DNA from: Macrostomum lignano
Lineage: Eukaryota
NCBI GenBank assembly: GCA_002269645.1
Contig: NIVC01002654.1
Span: forward strand, 1 to 57,370
DNA length: 57,370 bases
Reading direction: 5' to 3'
In this document: positions 46,075-56,725 of the stretch, in pieces
How the letters are laid out: each line of letters begins with the position of its first letter
How positions within the stretch are numbered: the stretch's first letter is position 1
Notes under the pieces: model-generated
The model's database searches: none
Told to the model about the DNA's origin: nothing
The model's input: the letters and a program-made list of their open reading frames with translations, nothing else
Made by a program: the position numbers and the translations under genes

Positions 46075-46454
46075 GTTGGCGCAGCTCTCTCCGCAACCAA
46101 AGGCCCCGCCTACAGTCAGAGCGCCATCTGCAGATTCGAGAAGCTGGACATCACTCCCAAATCTGCTGCCAAGATCAAACCGGTCTTGGAGGTGTGGATG
46201 GCTGAAGCCGAGGAGAAATTTCGGCGATGCGGGGGCGGCGGATTGTGCGGATTACCTGATGATCCTCACCAGCTGCACCAGCAGCAGCAGCACCAAATCT
46301 GTCTCGGCTCCCTGGACGGCCTCAGCGCCGCCGAGGCTGCTAAAAAGCTGCGCAAACGAAGGACTTCGTTCACACCGACTGCATTGGAGATACTCAACGA
46401 ATATTTTGAGCAAAATACTCATCCAACTGGGGCGCAGATGACAGAGCTGGCTAG
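46075..46454 (+). CDS. POU6F: POU exon 2: the rest of the POU-specific domain (VGAALSATKGPAYSQSAICRFEKLDITPKSAAKIKPVLEVWMAEAEE), the linker, and the homeodomain N-terminal part (KKLRKRRTSFTPTALEILNEYFEQNTHPTGAQMTELA).
   Basis: Acceptor aaccctcag|GTTGGC in phase 0. Donor CTAG|gtgagt at 46455. In frame with ORF 46186-46458. Confidence 0.8.
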
Positions 46455-46479
46455 GTGAGTCTGTCTGCATCCTCAGGCA

Positions 46480-46680
46480 CCCTCATTGCATCCTCAGTTG
46501 CTGGGCCAGCCTTCAGATCCCCAGTTGCTGGGCCAGCCTCCCAGATCCTCAGTTGCTGGGCCAGCCTCCCAGAGTGTCAGTTGCTGGGCCAGCCTCCCAG
46601 AGTGTAAGTTGCTGGGAAACCAGCCTCCATATTCCCAGTTGCTGGGCCAGCCTCCATATCCCCAGTTGCAGGGCCAGCCC
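46480..46680. repeat. Minisatellite, about 20-21-bp unit (cagttgctgggccagcctccc), about 9 copies, in POU intron 2.
   Basis: Direct inspection. Confidence 0.8.
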
Positions 46681-46721
46681 CCTAATTAATAATGTAGCAA
46701 AACTTCCAAACTAAACCGCAG

Positions 46722-46992
46722 GTCCCTACGCTACGAGCGCGAGGTGATTCGAGTCTGGTTCTGCAACAAGCGCCAGGCTCTCAAGAACACTATTAAGCGT
46801 CTTCAGAGGCCGCAAGAATCTTCAGCTAGCAGGCAGCACCATCATCATCACCAGTCTCAGCTGCATCCGATGTCGCAGCAGCAGCTCCGAGCTCCCGATA
46901 TGTCAGATTCATCAGCTTCCTGTGCCACCACGTCCAAGGCTGCCGCCGCTGCAGCCGCATCCGTTGCTGTCGCTATCGATGAAAACCGACTG
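46722..46992 (+). CDS. POU6F: POU exon 3: homeodomain helix 3 (RSLRYEREVIRVWFCNKRQALKNTIKRLQ) plus a His/Gln/Ala-rich tail.
   Basis: Acceptor aaaccgcag|G completes the AGG codon. The VRVWFCN[K/R]RQ.LKNT signature marks POU class VI (POU6F1: VRVWFCNRRQTLKNT). The 3' boundary is tentative (donor CTG|gtcaga at 46993). Alternatively, the exon reads through the 21-bp array to a stop at 47227-47229. Confidence 0.6.
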
Positions 46993-47019
46993 GTCAGACT
47001 GCGCTTGTTAGCTAGAAAT

Positions 47020-47260
47020 TTTCACCCACACTGCACCCACATTCACCCACACTGCATCCACATTCACCCACACTGCATCCACATTCGCCCACACTGCATC
47101 CACATCCACCCACACTGCATCCACATTCACCCACACTGCATCCACATTCGCCCACACTGCATCCACATCCACCCACACTGCATCCACATTCACCCACACT
47201 GCATCCACATTCACCCACACTGTACCTAAATTCACCCACGCTGTATCCACATTTACCCAC
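47020..47260. repeat. Minisatellite, 21-bp unit (cacccacactgcatccacatt), about 11 copies. In frame with POU exon 3, it would encode (HPHCIHI)n.
   Basis: Direct inspection. ORF 46744-47229 reads through it. Confidence 0.85.
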
Positions 47261-47262
47261 AG

Positions 47263-47412
47263 GTGTCGCCATTCACATTCTACGCTAACGCGGCCGCCGC
47301 GGGCATCTCGGAGAGCTTCACCAACGTGGCCAGTCGCCATCAGCTTAATGTGGACAACGGCGGCAGGCTCTCGGGGGACACCTCGCCCACGGCGTCGCAT
47401 TCTCTGCAGTGA
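47263..47412 (+). CDS. POU6F: POU exon 4 (tentative): VSPFTFYANAAAAGISESFTNVASRHQLNVDNGGRLSGDTSPTASHSLQ, ending in a stop.
   Basis: Strong acceptor atttacccacag|GTG. Open 49 codons, then TGA. Confidence 0.4.
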   Translation: MSPFTFYANAAAAGISESFTNVASRHQLNVDNGGRLSGDTSPTASHSLQ

Positions 47413-48199
47413 TGATTCACAATTTATAGTCAGTTTGCGCCCGCGCGTGTCACTTCTGTTTTGTTTTGTTAATATCATTAAAAAATGTAAAAAATCGTCT
47501 GGTAACTTCGTTTCATTTGGCTAATATGAATCCATTCGATAATGAGTTCATTACTTACCTTAACCTCTTCTCTCCCCCGCTTCCATCTCTTTCTCTCCCC
47601 CTCTCTCCCCTCCCTCTCCTCCTCTCGTCCTCACTCCTCCGCCTCTCCTCTCTCCTTTCCCTCCTCTCTCTCCCCCTCTCCATCCTCTTTTTGTTTCCTC
47701 TCCATGTGTTCTATCATCTCTCCCTTTAATTTCCCTCTCTTACCTCTGCCCATTTCTCCTTCGCCTCTCCTTGCTCTCAGATTTGTTTATCAACATAGTT
47801 TGGCTTGTCTCCATGTTCTCCTATGCTTGGTGTGTTCGAAAAAAAAACAAAAAAGTTTTTGAAAAAATCCAAACCATTTTCTTATAGGCCCTATTCGGTA
47901 TAGTCAAGGCCCATGACAACTGAAGGTGAAATTGACCCCACTTTTCAATTTGTACATAACTCGTGTCTAATTTTTTTCATTGCTCTTTTCTGTCCAACAA
48001 ATTGGTCTTGTCAAATGTTAGGTAAATTAATTTAAACAATCGTGTAACAGTGTCTCATTACTCGGTAATCATTTTTGCTGTGAATATTTTGCTTGTTGAC
48101 CCGTTCTGTTTTTGCTCACTTCTTGATTGTTTTGATTTTGCTTTTTTATTCATTTCAATTTCAAACAGACGGCTTGACTGACCCACAGCTCCTTCCCCT

Positions 48200-49380
48200 C
48201 AGTATGTACAGTATGTACTCAGTATGTACTTGACCAACCCCACAACTCCTACCCCTCAGAATGTACATCGGACTTGACCAACCCCACAACTCCTACCCCT
48301 CAGAATGTACATCGGACTTGACCAAACCCACAACTCCTATCCCTCAGAATGTACATCGGACTTGACCAACCCCACAACTTCTACCCCTCAGAATGTACAT
48401 CGGACTTGACCAACCCCACAACTCCTACCCCTCAGAATGTACATCGGACTTGACCAAACCCACAACTCCTATCCCTCAGAATGTACATCGGACTTGACCA
48501 ACCCCACAACTCCTACCCCTCAGAATGTACAACCGACTTGACCAACCCCACAACTCCTATCCCTCAGAATGTACATCGGACTTGACGAACCCCACAACTC
48601 CTACCCCCCAGAATGTACAACCGACTTGACCAACCCCACGACTCCTACCCCTCAGAATGTACATCGGACTTGACCAACCCCACAACTCCTATCCCTCAGA
48701 ATGTACATCGGACTTGACCAACCCCACAACTCTTACCCCTCAGAATGTACATCGGACTTGACCAACCCCACAACTCCTATCCCTCAGAATGTGACATCGG
48801 ACTTGACGAACCCCACAACTCCTACCCCTCAGAATGTACATCGGACTTGACCAACCCCACAAATCCTACCCCTCAGAATGTACAACGGACTTTACCAACC
48901 CCACAACTCCTACCCTTCAGAATGTAAATCGGACTTTATCAACCCCACAACTCCTACTCCTCAGAATGTACAACGGACTTTACCAACCCCACAACTCCTA
49001 CCCTTCAGAATGTACATCGGACTTTATCAACCCCACAACTTCTACCCCTCAAAATGTAAATCGGACTTGATCAACCCCACAACTCCTACCCTTCAGAATG
49101 TACATCGGACTTTATCAACCCCACAACTTCTACCCCTCAAAATGTAAATCGGACTTGATCAACCCCACAACTCCTATCCCTCAGAATGTGACATCGGACT
49201 TGACGAACCCCACAACTCCTACCCCTCAGAATGTACAACCGACTTGAGCAACCCCACAACTCCTACCCCTCAGAATGTACATCGGACTTGACCAACCCCA
49301 CGACTCCTACCCCTCAGAATGTACATCGGACTTGACCAACCCCACGACTCCTATCCCTCAGAATGTACATCAAACTTAAC
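48200..49380. repeat. Minisatellite, 44-bp unit (ccaaccccacaactcctacccctcagaatgtacatcggacttga), about 27 copies.
   Basis: Direct inspection. Confidence 0.9.
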
Positions 49381-49989
49381 CAACCCCCAAAATTTCTACT
49401 CAATGTACATAAATGTTGACTAATGTATTCAAATGTATTATTTTTACCTAAAAGCAAATTGAATGTTTTGGCTTTTGTATTTTTACGAAACGCCCCATAT
49501 TAACAAGGTGTTTCCCCATTTGCTTAATTCACTCCTTACAATGCAAATTTATGGTTACATATTCTAAAAATTAATACCATTGTCCAAAAAGCCTCTTATG
49601 TTTATTTACTTCGACCTGTTATTGTCCGAAGCGCTATTGCTGTCCCTACTCTCTACTCTCTTCTGCTCTGACGCTGCATCTATGTCAATCATCGTAGTCT
49701 GACTGCAAAATTGTACCTGCATTTATGTATACCTTTTCTCTGCTGTATTTTAGAGCTTTTATCTGCGTAAGTACAGTTTGTGCGTATTCGCTGACTTTTA
49801 TCTACCGAGAAGCTGCAAATAAAATTTTATTTGGATTGACTGTCTGCAATGCACGTTTGATATTGTGTCCGTTGGCTGTCGCTTATTGTGAGTCACGTGT
49901 GCAAAAATAATCGCCTTCTTATGTAGTTGGTCATTTATTTTATAGGGCTAATTTAAATACACACAGCAACAAAACTATCCATTCTGTGC

Positions 49990-50670
49990 GCACAGCCACC
50001 CCTCTATCCCCAGAGTACGCACAATCACCCCTCTATCCCCAGAGTACACGCAGCCACCCCTGTATCCCCAGAGTACACGCAGCCACCCCTCTATCCCCAG
50101 AGTACACGCAGCCATCCCTCTATCCCCGAAGTACACGCAGCCACCCCTCTATCCCTAGAGTACACGCAGCCACCCCTCTATCTCCAGTGTACTCACAGCC
50201 ACCCCTCTATCCCCAGAGTACATACAGCCACCCCTCTATCCCCAGAGTACACACAGCCACCCCTCTATCTCCAGTGTACTCACAGCCACCCCTCTATCCC
50301 CAGAGTACACACAGCCACGCAGCCACCCCTCTATCCCCAGAGTACACGCAGCCATCCCTCTATCCCCAGAGTACACGCAGCCACCCCTCTATCCCTAGAG
50401 TACACGCAGCCACCCCTCTATCTCCAGTGTACTCACAGCCACCCCTCTATCCCCAGAGTACACACAGCCACCCCTCTATCTCCAGTGTACTCACAGCCAC
50501 CCCTCTATCCCCAGAGTACACGCAGCCACCCCTGTATCCCCAGAGTACACACAGCCACGTAGCCACCCCTCTATCCCCAGAGTTCACGCAGCTACCCCTC
50601 TATCCCCAGTGTACACACAGCCACCCCTCTATCCCCAGTGTACGCACAGCCCTGACGAACCAACACAGCC
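49990..50670. repeat. Tandem repeat, about 30-33-bp unit (cagccacccctctatccccagagtacacg), about 21 copies.
   Basis: Direct inspection. ORF 49986-50711 is an artefact. Confidence 0.85.
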
Positions 50671-50978
50671 ACCTCTTTATCGCCTTTAACAACAGCTTTG
50701 CAGCAACTTAACTTTTGGTTTTACTAATTCCAATCCGGAACCCTGTTTCAGCTGTCGATTGCTTTGTTTTCATATTGCACAGTTAATGACTGATAGTTAA
50801 TAAAAACAGCGTTACTAAATCTCCCAGGGCTACCCTGGACTCTGTCAACTATCACGACGAGACACGCTCGCTGACTAAAAGCAGCAACTGTAACAATAAT
50901 AAGAAGAATAAAAAGCGGCGAAAGCGCAGGCCACGCTACTATCAACGGACTGGTCGGGACAGCGACTCCGGTGCCAGC

Positions 50979-51131
50979 ATGCAGTCCAGCGTTCACGAGC
51001 AGCTCAGAGAGTATCGGGCTAAGAAGGAGGCGGAGCGGAAGAGGCAGCTGCTGAGTGGCCTGCTGCCGTTTGCTGGTAGCGGTTCCTCAGCCTCCGCTGA
51101 CCAGCAGGGAGTCGCCTGCGCGGCTGATGAG
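50979..51131 (+). CDS. SAYSD1: SAYSD1 (SAYSvFN domain-containing protein 1) orthologue, exon 1 (MQSSVHEQLREYRAKKEAERKRQLLSGLLPFAGSGSSASADQQGVACAADE).
   Basis: ATG in Kozak context (agcATGc). The N-terminus matches human SAYSD1 MEQRLAEFRAARKRAG. The candidate donor GAG|gttcgc at 51132 is weak; without splicing the ORF stops 5 codons later. Confidence 0.55.
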
Positions 51132-51239
51132 GTTCGCGATTGCATCTAACAGCTGTTTCAGCATCTCCTATTTGAATTGATGCCATTTGTTTTTTGTATT
51201 TAATTGGACTCGAAATACGTCGTATTTAATGTATCCCGT

Positions 51240-51740
51240 CGATCCCATCTCTGATCCCATACCCCACCAATCCCATACCCATTGATCCCATACCCATTGA
51301 TCCCATACCCCATTGATCCCATACCCATTGATCCCATACCCATTGATCCCATACCCCATTGATCCCATACCCATTGATCCCATACCCCATTGATCCCATA
51401 CCCATTGATCCCATACCCCATTGATTCCATACCCCATCGATCCCATACCCCATCGATCCCATACCTCATCGATCCCATACCCCATCGATCCCATACCCCA
51501 TCGATCTCATACCCCATTGATCCCATACCCCATTGATCCCATACCCCATTGATCCCATACCCCATTGATCCCATACCCCATCGATCCCATACCCACCAAT
51601 CCCATGCCCCATCGATCCCATGCCCATCGATCCCATGCCCATCGATCCCATACCCCACCAATCCCATGCCCCATCGATCCCATACCCCATCGATCCCATA
51701 CCCTATCGATCCCATGCCCAATTCCATTAGTCTTATACCC
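51240..51740. repeat. Minisatellite, about 17-bp unit (cccataccccattgatc), about 30 copies, in the SAYSD1 intron.
   Basis: Direct inspection. ORFs 51168-51868 are artefacts. Confidence 0.85.
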
Positions 51741-51833
51741 CATGGATCCCAAACAATATCGCTTCCTTTCACCATGAATCCATTTTTATAGCATTTAAAA
51801 ATCCCCATTAAATCGCAACCCCCAAAACCGCAG

Positions 51834-52163
51834 GCTCGCGCGCCCAGCCGCTGGTCACGGCTCTGCACCCGGCTCTACCTGTTGCTACCCGAGCGAGTTC
51901 GCGCCCACCGCCTCGTTGCCATGGGCTGGCCAGTCCGGCTCGGCGTCTTCCTGCTGCTGTGGCTGTACTTTGTCTACATCGAATGGGGCGCCGTGTTCTT
52001 CATTTGCGGCCTCTTGTACCTACTGGTGAGTAGTATGCGCGGAGACAGTCAGAGGCGCTCCGGGCCGAGTGCCTATTCGGTGTTCAACCGGAACTGCGAA
52101 CGGCTGGATGGCACCTTCACTGCGGAAGAGTTTGACAGGTCACTGAGGTCCGGCTTTTCTTAG
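51834..52163 (+). CDS. SAYSD1: SAYSD1 exon 2: two TM helices and the SAYSvFN motif (...LGVFLLLWLYFVYIEWGAVFFICGLLYLLVSSMRGDSQRRSGPSAYSVFNRNCERLDGTFTAEEFDRSLR), then stop.
   Basis: ORF 51882-52163. Acceptor aaaaccgcag|GCT in phase 0. Collinear with human ...LAYFVLSLFYWMYVGTRGPEEKKEGEKSAYSVFNPGCEAIQGTLTAEQLEREL. Confidence 0.7.
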   Translation, partial: ARAPSRWSRLCTRLYLLLPERVRAHRLVAMGWPVRLGVFLLLWLYFVYIEWGAVFFICGLLYLLVSSMRGDSQRRSGPSAYSVFNRNCERLDGTFTAEEFDRSLRSGFS

Positions 52164-52299
52164 GGGGTGCTTTGGGCTATGGTTTATGTTGAAATTGTTT
52201 CTTTGTTGTTTTCAAGGTTTTCAGTTGGTGGTGTTATTAATGGTGGTAGGACAGTTTTGCTGGTACCTGAGAATTTTTCCCGATCAAATATTTGGCATT

Positions 52300-52800
52300 C
52301 ATTAGATGTCAGAATTTACCTGTCAGGTGTCAGATTATACCTGTCAGGTGTCAGTCTGTATCTGTCAGGTGTCAGTCTGTATCTGTCAGGTGTCAGTCTG
52401 TATCTGTCAGGTGTCAGTCTGTATCTGTCAGGTGTCAGTCTGTATCTGTCAGGTGTCAGTCTGTATCTGTCAGGTGTCAGTCTGTATCTGTCAGGTGTCA
52501 GTCTGTATCTGTCAGGTGTCAGTCTGTATCTGTCAGGTGTCAGTCTGTATCTGTCAGGTGTCAGTCTGTATCTGTCAGGTGTCAGTCTGTATCTGTCAGG
52601 TGTCAGTCTGTATCTGTCAGGTGTCAGTCTGTATCTGTCAGGTGTCAGTCTGTATCTGTCAGGTGTCAGTCTGTATCTGTCAGGTGTCAGTCTGTATCTG
52701 TCAGGTGTCAGTCTGTATCTGTCAGGTGTCAGTCTGTATCTGTCAGGTGTCAGTCTGTATCTGTCAGGTGTCAGTCTGTATCTAACGATGTCGGGTGTCA
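52300..52800. repeat. Minisatellite, 21-bp unit (tctgtcaggtgtcagtctgta), about 24 copies, just 3' of the SAYSD1 stop.
   Basis: Direct inspection. ORFs 52167-52867 are artefacts. Confidence 0.9.
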
Positions 52801-53019
52801 GACTGTTATTAGAGTCAGTGTTTACAATCTTATAACTGATTTGCCACGACAAATGCAGTCAATATAAAACAGTCTGATGTTCATTTCTGTGATAAGTTTA
52901 AATTTTTTGTTCCAAAGTGTTCTTTAATGTATATTATATGTAAGTTCATTAATTTTACGTGCCAATCAGCAGCTAAGTTATATATTTTCATCAAATTTTC
53001 TTCCTTGGCAATACATTTG

Positions 53020-53830
53020 CTAACCATACTACTTACGGCGCGCATGTTTTGTTGCCTTTCATTATTGTCGGATTTGTGACATTTTGTACATTATATTAAT
53101 CAGATAAGATAATATGTAACATAGATGAATACTTCAGTACTGATACCCCTGCGTCCCGTCAGTAAATTAAAGAACAAACGAAACACCTTATCAACAAAAA
53201 TTTGCTCCGAGATTTTCAATGGCTTTTTAATTTTTTCTCAAAATTTTTGGTAAATTTTTCGCTATATTTTCGATATTTTCGATATTTCGATATTTTTTGA
53301 TATTTTAACAAAAGCCACATTTTTGGTAGATCTATTACTTTGAGGATTAATTATTGTTAGTCAGATAAGTGAATGATAAATAATTCAGAGGAATTATTCC
53401 TAGTCTCAGATCAACTTGAAGAAAAGAAATCTTTTAAAAGTTCTGATACATGAAAAGTTAAATAGAGTTAGAAAAGTAGGACAATCAGATACTAAGCTAC
53501 TAATATATAAGTAGTATAATTTACTGACGGCGCACATGTTTTGTTTGCCTTTCATCATTGTCGAGTTGTGAAATTTTATACACAAAACTTTATGTTCAGA
53601 TAAGATATTACGAGCAATGTGCTTGAGTAAAATCAACAACAAACAAAATACTATTTCATCAATATCATTTTTGCTCCGAGATTTTCAATGGATTTTCAGT
53701 TTTCACTTTTCAAAAGTTCTGAGTAACAAAAGCCACACTATAAAGAGAGTAGATTTATTACTTTGAGGATCGATTTTTGTTACTCAGATAAGCTAATGAT
53801 AAATAATTCAAAGTAAATATTCGACAGAAG
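53020..53830. repeat. Two direct copies of an about 370-bp A/T-rich unit (about 53020-53400 and about 53515-53830), at about 80% identity.
   Basis: Shared blocks ttac(t)gacggcgcacatgttttgtttgcctttcat(c)attgtcg...cagataagat...tttgctccgagattttcaatgg...aaaagccaca...ttactttgaggat...cagataag.taatgataaataattca. Confidence 0.6.
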
Positions 53831-54524
53831 TAGGATTTCGGGTTAGTACCCATATAAATTTGAAAAGAAAACACCTTTAAAAAATTCGCTGATAAAACTT
53901 AAGAACAGTTCAATTAGAGTTAAAAAGTAGGGTGGGTAATAAGCTACTAAGTAGTATCAAATATTAGCGTTCCTTTTTTAAGGACTTTGTTAGCTCGTTT
54001 GTCAGTCGTAAATAGACGTGAAAACTGTAAAAACACATATTTGGCTAGACTAAACAACAAAATGTCATAGCATTACCCACGCCAAGGACTACGAGTACTA
54101 AAAAACTCCGGACGCTGAATTTAAACTTGGTAGGAACTTTTCTTTCAAGGCCCGCCAGAAAGCATTCTCCATAGTAAAAGTATCTACTAGATGGCGATTT
54201 TATATGTGAATTGCAACGTTTGAAGTTGTGTTGCTTGTAGGAAAGTGTATATAAAGTCCTTGATCCAGGATTAAAGGGGTGGGTAACGGATTTATCACTT
54301 CGCTCAGGGAAACAGATTGCCGCAAGCTGTCTATGGTAGTTTGGCAAAGTTTTTTACTTGTTCTTGCATTCGCGAGGAAGATAAATATAGATCATATGTA
54401 GATCTTCCTGACTGCAGCCTTGATTGATCACGGCAGGCTGAACTTCACCCAGTCGGCGCTTGTCTCGATCTCCTCCTCCACCTGAGCGTCGGTGAACAGC
54501 AGCAGGCGGCAGGTTCTCAGCTTG

Positions 54525-54897
54525 CTGTTTTTTTTTTTTAGAGGCAGGGGGTCTGTGTGCACCCTGGCGCACTTTAGGCGACATTGGCACACAACCGGCG
54601 AGAGGCATTACTGCCCATTCCGCCGACTCCCCTGAGCAGGCATACAAGCGCGCGGATACGTTACGCAGGCACACACTCACACAGGAGTGTACAGCGGCCC
54701 TAACTTTATATTATCGTTAGGCATGTACACTTCACTGCGCCTTGGGGGGTTGGCTCTCAAGGCCGTTAATTGCGTTAATTGCACGAGCAGAGCCAAGCCG
54801 AGATTCCAATTCAGCCCCAAATTAATGTGACTGCACTTGGAATCGAGCCTGGGTCGCTGGCACACCAGAGCAGCTGCGCTACCGCTGGGCTACGGCC
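54525..54897 (-). mobile_element. tRNA-derived SINE (family B), copy 2, full-length with a poly(A) tail.
   Basis: On the minus strand it begins gggggccgtagcccagcggtagcgcagctgctctggtgtgccagcgacccaggctcgattcc and ends ...ccccctgcctct(a)13. ORFs 54354-54680 (-) and 54677-54865 (-) are artefacts of this element. Confidence 0.6.
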
Positions 54898-54900
54898 CCC

Positions 54901-55486
54901 CTACTTGCTGTTGTACAGCACGTGTCTGCAGCGGCTGCCCGGCTCGCGCATGGCGGCAGCCACGCAGTGCATCAGGCTCCGCACCTGCTGCAGGTCGGTG
55001 AAGCAGTACTGGGAGCTGGGGTTGTAGCTCGTGCGCTTGAACGGAGTTCGCTTCCAGGCAGCTTCAGTGGCGCGGGTCAAAGGCGTCTCGGCAGCACCAG
55101 TAAATTCGCAGGCGTAGCCCAACAGATCAGAGTAGACTCTGTCCGACATCTCTCCATAAGAGGATGTTCCAATGCAGTCTTGACCTATCTGTGTTTCTCT
55201 CATCGGCCAGGTCAGTGACGCCGAGCCACATTTTGCAATTGCAGCTGAAGCTCGGCATGCTGCCCAGCAACTGCAGCGAGCTGTACGAGTTGATCAGCTC
55301 GCCTCCGAGTAGCTGGCATTGTTGATTAGCCGAGCACCAGCTGTGGCTTTGAGCTGTGCTCACGAACACGCACTTGCCGGCCTCGAGGTTGAACGGAGCG
55401 GGGCACAACTGAGCTGCAACTGTGAGCAGCAGCTTTGCCAGGGTAGCTAGGGTGACTAGCAGCATCTTCACAATTCGATGCTCCAT
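54901..55486 (-). CDS. Secreted C-type lectin (CTLD) gene, apparently single-exon, with an internal frame change.
   Basis: ORF 55127-55486 (-): signal peptide MLLVTLATLAKLLLTVAAQ, then CPAPFNLEAGKCVFVS...HSWCSANQQCQLLGGELINSYSSLQLL...WLGVTDLADE. ORF 54901-55203 (-), in another frame, continues ...QDCIGTSSYGEMSDRVYSDLLGYACEF plus a C-terminal tail. The shift lies within about 20 nt near 55160-55200 and is either a frameshift (pseudogene or sequencing error) or a tiny intron. Confidence 0.6.
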
Positions 55487-56304
55487 ACAGTTGTTGTGCT
55501 TCGACTAAGGCACTTACAGAGACTTCAGTGTTTGAAGCGAAATATGCAGCAATTTCCAATGACTAATAGTCTGAAGGCCGCAATTCTGAAATGCAGTGCG
55601 GTGCTTGCTCTGCAAAACTTTAAGTCTCTTAAGAATTTGGGTTCACTACATGAAAGTTTCACTCCACCACCCCACATCTCTTGTATCGATTGGTGATGGT
55701 GAGGGTTAAAATGAAGTGGCATATTCAACCCCGTGCGATGCTGCTTTAAGGCTGCAACAGAGTAAAACACAAGAAATGGGGGCGGGTAAAACTTGTCTTC
55801 ACGGTCACCTACAAAAAATTCAGATAGCTCGTATTTCCTCACTCGTCTTTCGCAGAGCAGAAGGCTATTGTCCTGAGTATTCAGCAGGGCTGTTACATAC
55901 TCAAGTGGTGAAAAAAGAATTCGTAGGCGTCCTGTATTAGAGTTTGTTAATCGGATATAGTAGTTACTCCGTCATCAAGTAAATATTACACGTAGATCGA
56001 ATGCATGCAGCAACATGCATTTCTGGTAGGATTTCTATGTGCGTGTTAATACTCTGATCAGGAAAGTTCTATCGACTGAAAAGGCACGCTTGTTATTGTT
56101 GCGAAATTCATCGGGTAATGTATTGATTTTTCACTGGAACTTCTCAACTTCTAGTACAGACGTGGAACTCGTGGGTCGGTATTCCTTTCTCAAAGACCAT
56201 TGGTAGATATTAAGGCTTACATGAACATATTGTTAGTTCATAAAAGCTCGATCAGTCAACCTGCATCAGAAATCTTTTCCAACATACTCGTACATGTACC
56301 AATT

Positions 56305-56350
56305 ACTGTTTCCGGACGCACGGAGCCCCCTGCAGCTAAATCAAGTAAGT
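56305..56350 (+). mobile_element. Isolated 3'-terminal about 45-bp fragment of the same LINE family as 16165-16603.
   Basis: ctgtttccggacgcacggagccccctgcagctaaatcaagtaag matches 16559-16603 at over 95%. Confidence 0.35.
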
Positions 56351-56559
56351 CAAGGTATGTTAGATTATTTGGTGGTTTAGTTGCATCATTAGGTTTTTAC
56401 AGCATTTTACATTGTTTATCGATTGGGACCCTGGAGCCTAAACTTCGAGGAGCAGTTAAGGCAGGGATCTTAAAACACTGGCCCACTGCCCGCGAAGCTT
56501 TTCTATCCAGTCCATGAAACTTCACAATAGCAATCCGATTTGCTTAAGGTTTGTCTTTT

Positions 56560-56725
56560 TTGTGTCTAAAAGCTGAGAGCTCTTCTCTTTTCCCGCTTCT
56601 CCTCTCTCCTAACCTCTCCTCTCCTCTCCCTTCTCCCATTTATCCTCTCAACTACCCTCTCTTTGTTTCTACCCACGTCTTCCTTCTCTTCTCTCCCCTC
56701 CTCTCTCTGGCCCGTAGTCATGCTC
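56560..56725. repeat. CT-rich low-complexity block with a ctctctggcccgtagtcatg tail, related to the 26760-28090 blocks.
   Basis: Sequence similarity by inspection. Confidence 0.4.

Noticed and set aside
52025-52030. Perfect GTGAGT inside SAYSD1 exon 2 as a donor.
   Set aside because: Splicing there would remove the contiguous, conserved ...LLYLLVSSMRGDSQRRSGPSAYSVFN... segment. The GTGAGT simply encodes Val-Ser.
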